A stretch of 63,712 nucleotides of DNA, counting the filler, from Lama guanicoe (Eukaryota), in NCBI GenBank assembly GCA_013239625.1. It is 191 parts of 191 records of this genome, joined end to end, with 100 filler letters (N's around TTAATTAATTAA, not from the genome) between each part and the next. Parts side by side here need not be neighbours in the genome. Positions count along the whole stretch, not along the records: positions 49,095 to 49,328 come from PNXV01044941.1; positions 49,429 to 49,662 come from PNXV01044942.1; positions 49,763 to 49,996 come from PNXV01044943.1; positions 50,097 to 50,330 come from PNXV01044944.1; positions 50,431 to 50,664 come from PNXV01044945.1; positions 50,765 to 50,998 come from PNXV01044946.1; positions 51,099 to 51,332 come from PNXV01044947.1; positions 51,433 to 51,666 come from PNXV01044948.1; 183 more parts are not named here. The stretch is one strand, 5' to 3'. This document shows positions 48,995 to 61,692 of this stretch, piece by piece. Within the stretch, counting starts at the first letter, position 1. Each line of letters opens with the position of its first letter. Made by a program: the position numbers and the translations under genes. The notes beneath the pieces were generated by a model, which did no database searches, was not told the DNA's origin, and saw nothing but the letters and a program-made list of their open reading frames with translations.

Positions 48995-49762
48995 NNNNNN
49001 NNNNNNNNNNNNNNNNNNNNNNNNNNNNNNNNNNNNNNTTAATTAATTAANNNNNNNNNNNNNNNNNNNNNNNNNNNNNNNNNNNNNNNNNNNNATACAG
49101 CTCTGGCACTTAGAACTGTGGTAATGTTTTACAAATGCAAACATTTATAGAAAATAATAAACTATCAAGCAGTGTGTGCCTGCATGAACCTGAAATGGAA
49201 TACAAAAATAATAACTGTACTATGGAGAAATAATCGAACCAAGAGTGAAGAGCTTGGGGAAGAGAAGAACTAACCTAAATAACTGTACAAAACAATATTT
49301 TGACTGTAAAGCTAAAGACAAAAAACTGNNNNNNNNNNNNNNNNNNNNNNNNNNNNNNNNNNNNNNNNNNNNTTAATTAATTAANNNNNNNNNNNNNNNN
49401 NNNNNNNNNNNNNNNNNNNNNNNNNNNNTTGATGCTGGTTAGGCTAGAAATCCTGCAAGATTCTCTGTCTCACAGTCTGCCCACTTCTAAGATGGACTGA
49501 ATACAAAAGTGATGACCTAGCCCGCGGCAGAGGAAGGGCTCGTCCATGTATTTGTTACCAACATCTGCGTTTGAAGTGGGGATACAGAGGGAAAGAAAGC
49601 GGTTGATGAAATGTTTCTTCAGTTCTGGGCATAACCACCTTTCAGGATTTCAGTTTTATGAANNNNNNNNNNNNNNNNNNNNNNNNNNNNNNNNNNNNNN
49701 NNNNNNTTAATTAATTAANNNNNNNNNNNNNNNNNNNNNNNNNNNNNNNNNNNNNNNNNNNN

Positions 49763-49996
49763 CAGGCCAGGCCGCCGGGAGATGGGAGCAAATCAACAGG
49801 CTCGCAGGGGCCGACCCCTTTCCCGGCTGCAGCGGCACAGGCCGCCGCCCCCCAACCCCTCCCCCACCAACCTGACAGCAGCGCGCCCGCCTCCAAGGAG
49901 AAGGCTGCCTGCGACATGTGCACCCCGCGAACATGGGGAAGCACGGACCGCCCGAGTCCAGGCCGCGGGGCACTAGGGTACACATCCAGGGGCTCG
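49763..49996. promoter_or_regulatory. CpG-island-like fragment
   Basis: Very high GC with many CpG; no gene assignable. Confidence 0.5.
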
Positions 49997-51789
49997 NNNN
50001 NNNNNNNNNNNNNNNNNNNNNNNNNNNNNNNNNNNNNNNNTTAATTAATTAANNNNNNNNNNNNNNNNNNNNNNNNNNNNNNNNNNNNNNNNNNNNAAAA
50101 AAAAAAAAAATCAGGCAATATTAAATAACGCCTCCTGTCCATCATGCTCGTACATATGCATATAATTATACACGCACATACTGTGTGTATTTGTGTGTGA
50201 GGTGTCTTGGTTTGGGATCCTCAGAAGGGTCTGTGTGTCAAGGGCTTATTAAATGTGCTTGTAGGAAACGCGCTCTGTAAACATCAAGCAAGGATAGGAT
50301 TTCAGTAAGTCTTGTCGTCACACCAGCCTGNNNNNNNNNNNNNNNNNNNNNNNNNNNNNNNNNNNNNNNNNNNNTTAATTAATTAANNNNNNNNNNNNNN
50401 NNNNNNNNNNNNNNNNNNNNNNNNNNNNNNTGCTGGGCCATTTCCCTTCCAGTTTGCTCTGGGTATGGAGATGGGAGGCTATTTATTTCTATTTATTTAA
50501 CCAGAACTTACATACAGTGTACTATGTGCCAGACACTGTCCTCAGCGCTCTCAGCAACATATTCTGTAAGTGGGGAAACTTTAAACTGTTCCTGATTCCT
50601 TTCCACACGTCTGAATGTGCAATCAAGTTGCATATGTTCTTTTCAAAAAAGGTAACTTAACATANNNNNNNNNNNNNNNNNNNNNNNNNNNNNNNNNNNN
50701 NNNNNNNNTTAATTAATTAANNNNNNNNNNNNNNNNNNNNNNNNNNNNNNNNNNNNNNNNNNNNCACATGTTTTTGTTAGTCTGACAAATAAGACACTAT
50801 GAAAAGTCCTCATACAAAACAACTAGTTTTTGGATGAGAGATGTTTTAAAGACATTTCTGGCCAAGGAAACTGCTAAGTTCCTCCTGTTCAAACAAATAA
50901 GCAAATAAAGCTGGAGCAAAATCTTGAGCACCAAGAAACTACTAATAACAACTCATTCTGTGAACAAACCCCACATCTGCACTGTCATTGGATTCCTANN
51001 NNNNNNNNNNNNNNNNNNNNNNNNNNNNNNNNNNNNNNNNNNTTAATTAATTAANNNNNNNNNNNNNNNNNNNNNNNNNNNNNNNNNNNNNNNNNNNNCT
51101 GTGCAGGGCCATTTCCAAGGGTCTTGCTGTAAAATTCACTCTGCTCGTGCCTGCCTTTTAATTGTTGGATTTCCCCTTCTTACCATCAATGGGATTCATA
51201 ATACATGTCTGTGAAGATGACTCATTTTGCTACTTCTTTACTTTTTGTCCCATGTCTTCCTCATTGCTACTTTGCTTTATCTCTATTTTTCATTAACTGA
51301 ATATTTTTTATGATTTAATGTTGTCTTCTTTTNNNNNNNNNNNNNNNNNNNNNNNNNNNNNNNNNNNNNNNNNNNNTTAATTAATTAANNNNNNNNNNNN
51401 NNNNNNNNNNNNNNNNNNNNNNNNNNNNNNNNGGTGGGGCTTGCTGGACACAGTGGGGCAGAGGACCCCCTGTAACCACCCGGTTATCCCCTATGGGGCC
51501 CTCCAGCCTCAGCCGGGTCGCACCTCCTCATTCAGGGTCCCCTGGAAGCGAGTCCCGTCTTGCCAGTGTCCCTCCCTCCACTGTGGCTGCCCTCTGCCCT
51601 TCGTCACTTATTCAAGTGTCTGCCTTCAAAATACCGTGAGCCTGGGATGCCGGGTACGTGCGGGTGNNNNNNNNNNNNNNNNNNNNNNNNNNNNNNNNNN
51701 NNNNNNNNNNTTAATTAATTAANNNNNNNNNNNNNNNNNNNNNNNNNNNNNNNNNNNNNNNNNNNNGCTGACATATGATGATATGCTAC

Positions 51790-52000
51790 CATATCTCAAG
51801 TCAAAAGTACAGCAGTGATAAAGAAAGTGCAGAATCCTGAGAACTGGAGGAAACATTTGGAGTGACCCCACTGAATATGAGTACTCAGCAACCCCAGAGT
51901 TTATGGAGTTGTGTATTTTGCCAGCAAAACAGCTCCTTCTTCCCTGTCTGAGATGGTTACTTCCCTCTTTCCTGAAGACATTTATTATTCAGAGCTGATG
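51790..52000 (+). mobile_element. ERVL gag-region relic
   Basis: gataaagaaagtgcagaatcctgagaactgga..acatttgg..gaccc resembles the ERVL gag LIGKEWDPENWNGDIWED segment. Confidence 0.5.
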
Positions 52001-53102
52001 NNNNNNNNNNNNNNNNNNNNNNNNNNNNNNNNNNNNNNNNNNNNTTAATTAATTAANNNNNNNNNNNNNNNNNNNNNNNNNNNNNNNNNNNNNNNNNNNN
52101 CACTGAGATCTTCTCAGGTTGAATGAATTTGAAGTGTGCGTCACCATGGCGGTGCTGCCATGCCAGAATCTGCAGGTTTCAAAAGAGTAAAGAAGCTGAT
52201 GTCACAGGGCCTTTCCTGTAAGTCCTGTGAACCGTCTTTTGGAATGTGGGCTAGGGATAGGAATTTAACTTTTAAGGTGGTAGTCAGAATTATTAACAAG
52301 GAGATGGGGTTGGTTGACAACTGAAACGTCACACNNNNNNNNNNNNNNNNNNNNNNNNNNNNNNNNNNNNNNNNNNNNTTAATTAATTAANNNNNNNNNN
52401 NNNNNNNNNNNNNNNNNNNNNNNNNNNNNNNNNNAGCTGAGTGTCTTACAAGGAAAGAGGAAAGACTTCTGGAACAGTATACAGACTTCATCAGATACTT
52501 TTACACAGGAGTTCTGCCTCTTCTCTTCTTATTCTGCACAGCCTGACCCTGGCTCCACCCTGACCGGACCCTAGGGAACAGGATGGGTAGAAAAGTTAGA
52601 GGGACAACAGAATAGTTAGAAAGGGAGAAGGAAGCGTTTCATTTTACCCCTTTTCCTCAATCATCCCGNNNNNNNNNNNNNNNNNNNNNNNNNNNNNNNN
52701 NNNNNNNNNNNNTTAATTAATTAANNNNNNNNNNNNNNNNNNNNNNNNNNNNNNNNNNNNNNNNNNNNATAAAACAGAAGCACAAAAGTATGAATAGTTG
52801 GATTTTAGAGTTATCATATATATATATCATCAATATATTTTGACACTAGATTCTATTTGATCTATGGATCTGTATGTACAGTTATTTGTTTCTGGTGCTA
52901 TATGTGGGCAAGTGAAACCTGTATCCATGTACTTTGCATCGAAGATTACATTCTACCACAGATGGGTATAACCACTTGAGACAAGGACAACAGCTTTGCA
53001 TCNNNNNNNNNNNNNNNNNNNNNNNNNNNNNNNNNNNNNNNNNNNNTTAATTAATTAANNNNNNNNNNNNNNNNNNNNNNNNNNNNNNNNNNNNNNNNNN
53101 NN

Positions 53103-53336
53103 TGTGTTTTGAAGAAGGCATCGACCGCCTCCGGGAGAGCAGGTGGGAACGTCAGACAGAGCGGCCTGCGAAGGGCGGCCGGCGGGATGCCCCCGGTCCT
53201 GTTGCCTGGAGCGCGCGACGGCCGGGCGAGAGCGGGCACTGTTTAAAGAACTGAGCTGAGGAGACCTAGCGGTGAACCAGGCGCGGCTGTGGTTCCCGCT
53301 CAGACCCCCTCTGCCCGGCCGTGTCCGAGCCTGGGC
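53103..53336. promoter_or_regulatory. CpG-island-like fragment
   Basis: Dense CpG (gcgcgcgacggccgggcg); no gene assignable. Confidence 0.5.
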
Positions 53337-54479
53337 NNNNNNNNNNNNNNNNNNNNNNNNNNNNNNNNNNNNNNNNNNNNTTAATTAATTAANNNNNNNN
53401 NNNNNNNNNNNNNNNNNNNNNNNNNNNNNNNNNNNNTGACTGAAGCGACTCAGATTTCTGAGTCCGTGTTGTGTGGCAGGCATGTGCTGTGAGGATTAAG
53501 CAAGATAACCCTATTAGATGGACAGTACTGTTAGAACCATTGTAACATTAGGCAATAAAACATAGAGAGATCACAGAGAGATTAAATAACGTGCCCAAGG
53601 GTGTGCAGAGAGGAGATAGAATTTTACCATGGTTATTCTGTCTGTACATCCCAAGCCTTTAACCCTTACCNNNNNNNNNNNNNNNNNNNNNNNNNNNNNN
53701 NNNNNNNNNNNNNNTTAATTAATTAANNNNNNNNNNNNNNNNNNNNNNNNNNNNNNNNNNNNNNNNNNNNATTAATTTGGCAATAGCTGGATAATTCAAC
53801 GTTGGATTTGGCAATTTGAAATCACGTGGTTGTTTTGTCAATGCTGTTTCAGAGAAGAGTCTAAAAGAAAAATCCTGATTAGAGTCAATTAAAGAAAAAT
53901 GGGAGGAAAATGGAAAATGCAGAAAGCATGTGTAGCAAATTGTTTTGAGAAATGTATATGTAAACGGGGAGAAAAGAAATGGCTTGAATTAGGATATAAA
54001 TGTGNNNNNNNNNNNNNNNNNNNNNNNNNNNNNNNNNNNNNNNNNNNNTTAATTAATTAANNNNNNNNNNNNNNNNNNNNNNNNNNNNNNNNNNNNNNNN
54101 NNNNCTCTTCACAGAGGCCACAGAACCCTAGCCATCCTGGTTACCCCACACTCGTTGACTGAGGTGGCTGAAAACCACACCGCAGCATCCTGATCGTAGG
54201 CTCGTTGCTGCACACTCGCTCTGCCCCAGCGAGTGGGATGCAGACGACGGCCATGGGTGCAGTTTGTGAAGCGGAGTAGCCGGGCTGCGCTCCCTGCCCT
54301 CCCCCACCGACCTCCCCTCCCCTCCCCCCAAGGAAGAANNNNNNNNNNNNNNNNNNNNNNNNNNNNNNNNNNNNNNNNNNNNTTAATTAATTAANNNNNN
54401 NNNNNNNNNNNNNNNNNNNNNNNNNNNNNNNNNNNNNNTTCTCAGTATTTGGATTAAGAATCTTTTAAACTTTTATTCT

Positions 54480-54672
54480 TGTGTTAGTCAGAGTTTTCCA
54501 GAGAAACAAGATTAATAAAATATATATGTATATATATATACAGATGAAGAGAGTTGTTAAGAAATGGCCGATGCAATCATGGGGGCTGAGAGGCCTACCG
54601 TCTGCCATCTGCAAGCTAGAAACACAGAAAGCCAGTGGTGTAATTCAGTGCAAGTCCTAAGGCCTGGGAACT
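54480..54672 (-). mobile_element. MLT2 (ERVL) LTR
   Basis: tgtgttagtcagagttttccagagaaaca..ctgccatctgcaagct.ga..agaaagccagtggtgtaattcagt. Confidence 0.9.
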
Positions 54673-54772
54673 NNNNNNNNNNNNNNNNNNNNNNNNNNNN
54701 NNNNNNNNNNNNNNNNTTAATTAATTAANNNNNNNNNNNNNNNNNNNNNNNNNNNNNNNNNNNNNNNNNNNN

Positions 54773-55006
54773 AAACAGCAAGGTAGTGAGAGACAGAGAG
54801 AGATACCAAGAGAGACAGAGAGAGACTAAGGGAGGAGAAGAGATAAAGAAGGAAAAAGGGAAGAAAAAAGAGAAGACAAAGGAGGGATGGAGACTAAGGG
54901 AATAAAAGTAAAGAGAAAAGGAAGTTAAAAGGAAAGAAGGAAAAAAAGGAAGGGAAGAAGGAAGGAAGAGGGAAGAGGCAAGAGAAGGGGAAGGAGAGAC
55001 GGGAAG
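54773..55006. repeat. Polypurine (GA-rich) low-complexity tract
   Basis: Almost only A/G across the contig. Confidence 0.95.
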
Positions 55007-55106
55007 NNNNNNNNNNNNNNNNNNNNNNNNNNNNNNNNNNNNNNNNNNNNTTAATTAATTAANNNNNNNNNNNNNNNNNNNNNNNNNNNNNNNNNNNNNN
55101 NNNNNN

Positions 55107-55260
55107 CTGTACAGCACAGGGAAATGCATACAAGATCTTGTGGTAGCTAACAGAAGAAATCTGATAATGACTTATATATATAACAGAAATTGTGCTGTAC
55201 ACTGAAATTTGACACAACATTGCAAAATGATTATGAATCAATAAAAAAAGTTTTAAAAAA
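55107..55260 (+). mobile_element. Young lineage L1 3' terminus with poly(A) signal
   Basis: ctgtacagcacagggaaat..tacaagatcttgtggtagct..gaaatttgacacaacattg..caataaaaaaa. Confidence 0.88.
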
Positions 55261-55441
55261 GGATCATTCTGGTCAACGACTGGTTTACGTATAAGTTGTA
55301 TTTATTCAATAACTGTCTTCCCAGCTGATAGTCAACTTTGNNNNNNNNNNNNNNNNNNNNNNNNNNNNNNNNNNNNNNNNNNNNTTAATTAATTAANNNN
55401 NNNNNNNNNNNNNNNNNNNNNNNNNNNNNNNNNNNNNNNNC

Positions 55442-55675
55442 TCCTTCGGTGGGTGTGTAGTTCAGCTGTTCATGTCTCTGGGGTTGGGAGGTACAGAATG
55501 CATTCTGTTAGCAGTAATGGCATTTGACCGCTATGCAGCTGTTTGCAGGCCCCTTCACTACACAGTGATCATGCACCCTCGTCTCTGTGCCCTGATGGCT
55601 TCTGCTTCATGGCTCGTTGGTTTTGCCAACTCCTTATTGCAGACAGTGCTCATCTTCCTTTTACCACTTTGTGGC
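55442..55675 (+). CDS. Olfactory receptor family 2 fragment (TM3-TM4), closest recall OR2B8-like
   Basis: 78 open codons: [50 protein letters not shown] with the canonical MAxDRYxAxCxPLxY motif. Confidence 0.96.
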
Positions 55676-56110
55676 NNNNNNNNNNNNNNNNNNNNNNNNN
55701 NNNNNNNNNNNNNNNNNNNTTAATTAATTAANNNNNNNNNNNNNNNNNNNNNNNNNNNNNNNNNNNNNNNNNNNNCGAACTCCAAGCACTACAGAAACCA
55801 CACACCGAGGTATACAAAGCCACATTGAGATGCCGTTTCGCGCGAGATAGGTTGGCAAAACCATGTACGTTTAGTGACATGCTGTGTTGGAAAGACGGGG
55901 AAAACAAGCACGCTCACTTATTTCCAGAAACGCTCCACTGGGCAGCCCAATGGAGTAGGATGGGATAGTTACCAAAATTGCACAGGCACTTGTCTTTCCA
56001 TCTAGTCAGCNNNNNNNNNNNNNNNNNNNNNNNNNNNNNNNNNNNNNNNNNNNNTTAATTAATTAANNNNNNNNNNNNNNNNNNNNNNNNNNNNNNNNNN
56101 NNNNNNNNNN

Positions 56111-56285
56111 ACTTTTTAAAGATGGCCATTCTGACTGGTGTGAGGTGATACCTCATTGTTGTCTTGGTATTTGAAAAGACACATGCACACTGATGTTCAT
56201 AGCAGAACTATTTATAACAGCCAAGACATGAAAACAACCTAAGTGTCCATTGACAGATGACTGATTGGCTAAAGAAGATGTGGTA
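56111..56285. mobile_element. L1 with antisense/sense inversion junction near 56168
   Basis: Antisense gatggccattctgactggtgtgaggtgatacctcattg abuts sense gaaaagacacatgcac..atgttcatagcag..caacctaagtgtccattgacagatga. Confidence 0.85.
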
Positions 56286-56299
56286 AATATATATATGTG

Positions 56300-56302
<3 letters not shown>

Positions 56303-56340
<38 letters not shown>
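56303..56340. repeat. (TA)19 microsatellite
   Basis: Seen directly. Confidence 0.97.
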
Positions 56341-56343
<3 letters not shown>

Positions 56344-57113
56344 NNNNNNNNNNNNNNNNNNNNNNNNNNNNNNNNNNNNNNNNNNNNTTAATTAATTAAN
56401 NNNNNNNNNNNNNNNNNNNNNNNNNNNNNNNNNNNNNNNNNNNCCAAAAAAGTAACGTAAGTGTAGCATAAGCTCTGACAGTTTTTTGTTTGTTTTTTGT
56501 TTTTTGTTTTTTGTAATGCAGTACCTGACTTAAGCTTTGATTTTGGAGGCATCCACTTTAAAGATGACTATCTCAGAAAGACACACATGACTAAATAAAG
56601 AGCAAATCACAAGACTAGATGAAGAGCCAGGCTGATTTTACAAAACTGACAATTTGGGCTGCTTGTTTCCTCTTCCTTNNNNNNNNNNNNNNNNNNNNNN
56701 NNNNNNNNNNNNNNNNNNNNNNTTAATTAATTAANNNNNNNNNNNNNNNNNNNNNNNNNNNNNNNNNNNNNNNNNNNNCCACCAACCCAAAGTATCTAAG
56801 CTTAAGTACTCAGCACTAAGACATAATATTTTGAATTTGCATTGTTTTCACACTTAACATAGATAGTAATATAATTTTATGAGTTAGCATTTTGTTTCAT
56901 GCCTTGTTGTATAAGCTGGTTAGTAATCTGGGTAATTTATTCTACTTATTAAACACCAAAACTTATTTTTTCAGAAATTCTGTTTACAGCTTACAACTGA
57001 ATATATAGTATCANNNNNNNNNNNNNNNNNNNNNNNNNNNNNNNNNNNNNNNNNNNNTTAATTAATTAANNNNNNNNNNNNNNNNNNNNNNNNNNNNNNN
57101 NNNNNNNNNNNNN

Positions 57114-57348
57114 AACAGCAATGCATGCTGCAGAGAAATCGTTTGTGAAAGGAAACCTCAATCGAAGCGGCAAACTTCCTTGCTCTCTTAAAGAAACTGC
57201 CACAGCCATTTCAGCCTTCAGCAACCAGCATCCCGATCAGTCAGCAACCACCAACACTGAGACAAGACCCTTCACCAGCAAAAAGAGTACGGCTCACCGA
57301 AGACTTGGATAATGGTTAGGAGTTTGTAGCAATGAGAAATTTTTAAAT
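57114..57348 (+). mobile_element. Tigger1 3' region
   Basis: catgct.cagagaaatc..gtgaaagga..gcggcaaactt..ttcagcaacca..gatcagtcagca..caagaccct.caccagcaaaaaga. Confidence 0.92.
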
Positions 57349-57448
57349 NNNNNNNNNNNNNNNNNNNNNNNNNNNNNNNNNNNNNNNNNNNNTTAATTAA
57401 TTAANNNNNNNNNNNNNNNNNNNNNNNNNNNNNNNNNNNNNNNNNNNN

Positions 57449-57683
57449 AGGGAAATGCAAATCAAAACCACAGTGTGATATCACCTCACACCTGTCAGAA
57501 TGTCCGTGCTGTTATCAACAAAAAAGAACATAGCAAATGTTGGCCAGAACATGGAGTAAAAGGAACCCTATTACACTGTTGGTGGGAATGTAAATTTGTA
57601 AAGCCACTGTGGAAAACAATATGAAGATTTCTTTAAAAACTAAAAATAGAGTTACCACATGATCCAGCAATTCCACTCCTGGG
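57449..57683 (+). mobile_element. L1 ORF2 C-terminal region
   Basis: agggaaatgcaaatcaaaaccaca..tcacctcacacctgtcagaat..cactgttggtgggaatgtaaa..gatccagcaattccactcctggg. Confidence 0.96.
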
Positions 57684-57852
57684 NNNNNNNNNNNNNNNNN
57701 NNNNNNNNNNNNNNNNNNNNNNNNNNNTTAATTAATTAANNNNNNNNNNNNNNNNNNNNNNNNNNNNNNNNNNNNNNNNNNNNATTCAGATTTCACGCTT
57801 CACTGCAACCGCAAATCACCACATTTTATGGATGCTGGGCTCTACATTTCTG

Positions 57853-58018
57853 TTACCAGCTGTGTGTCCTGTTCAACTCAGTTCTGACACCCTCTGCCCC
57901 GAGAGAGCATCGGATTCCAGAGGCCGAGGGCTCAGTCCCACCAGACTGCCCCCGCATCAGACGCCTAACAAGTCCGGGTTGTCTGTGCTTCTGACCAATT
58001 GGCTGTAAGTCAGAGGTT
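57853..58018. mobile_element. MER21/MER77-type LTR fragment
   Basis: accagctg.gtgtcct..aactcagttctgacac..agggctcagtcccac.agactgcccc..gtgcttctgaccaa.tggct.taa.tcagaggtt. Confidence 0.8.
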
Positions 58019-58118
58019 NNNNNNNNNNNNNNNNNNNNNNNNNNNNNNNNNNNNNNNNNNNNTTAATTAATTAANNNNNNNNNNNNNNNNNNNNNNNNNN
58101 NNNNNNNNNNNNNNNNNN

Positions 58119-58310
58119 GAAGCAGAGAGACAGAAAATACATGAGCGGTTGTCAGGGACTTGAGGAGTTGGGAGGGTTAACTAGGTGAAGCACAGAGGAT
58201 TTGGGGGCTGTGAAATTTTTCTGTGTGGTATCGTACTGGTGAATACATGATGCTGTGCATTTTTTCAAGACTCCTAGAACTCTGCAGTACAAAGAATAAC
58301 TGACAAAAAA
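58119..58310 (+). mobile_element. L1MC1-3-type 3' UTR
   Basis: ggttgtcaggg..taggtgaagcacagaggattt..gtgaaa..ctgt..ggtgaatacatga. Confidence 0.85.
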
Positions 58311-58499
58311 AACTGACTGTATTAGCACTTGACTGAGTTGAAAGTATGACACANNNNNNNNNNNNNNNNNNNNNNNNNNNNNNNNNNNNNNNNNNNNTTA
58401 ATTAATTAANNNNNNNNNNNNNNNNNNNNNNNNNNNNNNNNNNNNNNNNNNNNTTTGAGTCCCAGGCCCTTAGATCTTTCTTGAACTCAATATCCTAGA

Positions 58500-58630
58500 G
58501 CAATGTTTCTCTATCCTAGAGCAGCAGAATCACCTGAGGTGCTCATAAAAACAACTTCCCGGACCCCGTTCCTGGTGATTCTGATCCCAAAGGTGTGGTT
58601 CTGATATGCAGCAGAATTCAGGAAGGGCTT
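58500..58630. mobile_element. MER5A hAT MITE
   Basis: gcaatgtttctc..cagaatcacctgaggtgct..gattctgat..ggttctgatatgcagc. Confidence 0.7.
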
Positions 58631-60798
58631 TCCGAGACTGACGTTAAGCCTGCCGCGTTCTCGCAGATCCCAGATCTCCCATCACCATNNNNNNNNNNNN
58701 NNNNNNNNNNNNNNNNNNNNNNNNNNNNNNNNTTAATTAATTAANNNNNNNNNNNNNNNNNNNNNNNNNNNNNNNNNNNNNNNNNNNNTCGGCTCTCACA
58801 TAGAATGACAAGGAGGAAAAATGGAGATGGAGAAGCAAAGTGTGGAGACTCTGTAAGTGAGCGAAGAGCAAGGGGAAAAGGGTTCAAGACAAGGTGGTGG
58901 CTCAGGCGTGTAGGAAGTGGTAGGGCAGGAGCCACAAGCTCTTCTGGCTGGCTGCTTTTCTCCTGGTCCCCGACGGGAGGAGAAGCAGCAGCAGCAGCTC
59001 CAAGTCGTGGGGTCGGCTTTCTCNNNNNNNNNNNNNNNNNNNNNNNNNNNNNNNNNNNNNNNNNNNNTTAATTAATTAANNNNNNNNNNNNNNNNNNNNN
59101 NNNNNNNNNNNNNNNNNNNNNNNTTTAATTTGGGGACATGTGGCTTACGGGGCCCCCAGCAGAGAAATAAGGTGGCAGGACAAGGTCAGGAGGACACCAC
59201 CCACGGGGCCCCGGAAAGCGACCCTGGCTCCCCGGGGAGGCCCCGAGGCGGGTTCGATGTACACGTTCCGCGGCACGACATCTTGGCTGACACCGAGAGG
59301 CCTCTCCCGCGTGCGAAGGTTTTCTTTAAACCTGGAAGACAAACAAGTTGTGAATCACNNNNNNNNNNNNNNNNNNNNNNNNNNNNNNNNNNNNNNNNNN
59401 NNTTAATTAATTAANNNNNNNNNNNNNNNNNNNNNNNNNNNNNNNNNNNNNNNNNNNNTCACAAATACAAAGGAGAATATAAACTCACATCACACAAAAA
59501 TTCTTTTCTAAATGTACATTTCAAGACCCTACACTTTTTTCATAACAATGTGATCCCATTGTAACTCAAAGCAGAGGTTACTAAGAAAATGCATGGTTGT
59601 CTGGTAACCACAGATACATATTATAAAAATATTTTAAACATATTTTATGTGCATTTGATTTAATTGTTGATTGGACTATTCCAAAAAATCCAGNNNNNNN
59701 NNNNNNNNNNNNNNNNNNNNNNNNNNNNNNNNNNNNNTTAATTAATTAANNNNNNNNNNNNNNNNNNNNNNNNNNNNNNNNNNNNNNNNNNNNCCTCCCC
59801 AAATATATGCACGTAGTGTGCTTTCCATCTGAAAAGAAACTCAGTGTTGCCAGCAAGCTAGGTTAAGCACAGCTTTCACACACACTTATGTCTCAGAAAT
59901 GAACATGTGGAAAGACGTTCGTTCAATTAGCAACAAGGGAACGGGTCGCAGTGCATACAATTTCTCTGATTTCTAAGTCTGTTTCCTAGTGAATATTTGA
60001 AGTAACTACAGATTTCACTGTAAAACAGNNNNNNNNNNNNNNNNNNNNNNNNNNNNNNNNNNNNNNNNNNNNTTAATTAATTAANNNNNNNNNNNNNNNN
60101 NNNNNNNNNNNNNNNNNNNNNNNNNNNNAATCACCTAAAGATTTTTACCTGGAAAATAGAGAAACGTCTCCATCAGACAGAGTTCACGTCTCTAATGGAT
60201 GGCCGCCCCCAGATGACGCGGGCGCAGGAAGGCGCAGGTAGGTACACGAGGCAGGAGGCAGCTGAGGAGCGCGCCTCTGCTCTCTTTGAGAGACCTGACA
60301 CCTGACGTCATAACGGCTGCCTTCTGTGAGGGCCTGCTACGTGCAGGGAGCCACTGTCCCTCANNNNNNNNNNNNNNNNNNNNNNNNNNNNNNNNNNNNN
60401 NNNNNNNTTAATTAATTAANNNNNNNNNNNNNNNNNNNNNNNNNNNNNNNNNNNNNNNNNNNNATTTGTAAAATGGCACTAGTGATGCCAGGCCTGCCTG
60501 ACTGGCAGACACGCTGGGGAAATCAAAGGAAATAATATATTCAAAGTGGTAATTAAAACCAGCAAAGCACATTCCAGGACACAGAGCGACTGCAGTCTTG
60601 ACCAGTAAGTGTAGGGGGCGGGGGAGGGGAGGGCCAGGGAGGGAAGGGCGGCAGCATGGAGTCCTCTCCCAGCTGGGAGGCGCTGGCCCCTACAAGCTNN
60701 NNNNNNNNNNNNNNNNNNNNNNNNNNNNNNNNNNNNNNNNNNTTAATTAATTAANNNNNNNNNNNNNNNNNNNNNNNNNNNNNNNNNNNNNNNNNNNN

Positions 60799-61032
60799 AA
60801 GAAAAATACCATATGATATTACTCATATGTGGAATCTTAAAAAAAAACAAGACAAATGAACTTATATATAAAACAGATAAAGAATCACAGACATAGAACA
60901 CAGACTTGCGGTTGCTAGGGGGTAGGAGGGTGGGAAGGGATAAATTGGGAGTTCGAGATTTGCAGATGCTGAATGATACATACAAAATAGATAAACAAGT
61001 TTATAGTGTATAGCACAGGGAAATATATTCAA
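60799..61032 (+). mobile_element. Young lineage L1 3' UTR
   Basis: aataccatatgatatt.ctcatatgtggaatct..gacaaatgaactt..gggaagggataaattgggagttcgagatttgcagat. Confidence 0.92.
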
Positions 61033-61574
61033 NNNNNNNNNNNNNNNNNNNNNNNNNNNNNNNNNNNNNNNNNNNNTTAATTAATTAANNNNNNNNNNNN
61101 NNNNNNNNNNNNNNNNNNNNNNNNNNNNNNNNTTTTTTTTCTGTTGGCTGTGCAGAGAGTTAAACATTTTTAATGTAGTTAAATCTCTCAATCTTTTGTT
61201 TTTTTCAACAGCTCCTGGATCTTGTCCAGAAAGTAACACAAAAAGACTTTTCCCTTTCTGACATTCTAAGTTATCCTGTATTTTTTTCCTAGTACTATTA
61301 TGGTTTCATTTCTATGCTTAAGATATTTGATATATCCAAAATTTATTTTGGAATGAACACAGAGGGANNNNNNNNNNNNNNNNNNNNNNNNNNNNNNNNN
61401 NNNNNNNNNNNTTAATTAATTAANNNNNNNNNNNNNNNNNNNNNNNNNNNNNNNNNNNNNNNNNNNNACTCTTATTAACCATGGCTTGCCAGCCACCCCC
61501 ACCCCCGCTGCCCAGGGTTTGATTTAGGGTATCTGGAGTGGGGCCCCAGAGTTTGCCACACAATCTTCAGGGCC

Positions 61575-61692
61575 GCTTGTTCAAATGAAGAATTTCAAGA
61601 TGCTGACAGCAGGGCATGAAGCCAAGCAGCAGTCCCTTCTGAGCGTAGGACCGGGCGTGAACGCACAGCCTGCACGTCTATGAAGCTGGTCC
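61575..61692 (-). mobile_element. MER91-type hAT-Tip100 MITE
   Basis: cttgttcaaa..aagaatttcaagat..acagcag.gcat.aa.ccaagc..cccttctgagcg..gcacag..gcacg..atgaagctggtcc. Confidence 0.75.

Noticed and set aside
54773..55006. Lys/Glu/Arg-rich coding sequence
   Set aside because: Simple polypurine low-complexity DNA with no start or splice context.
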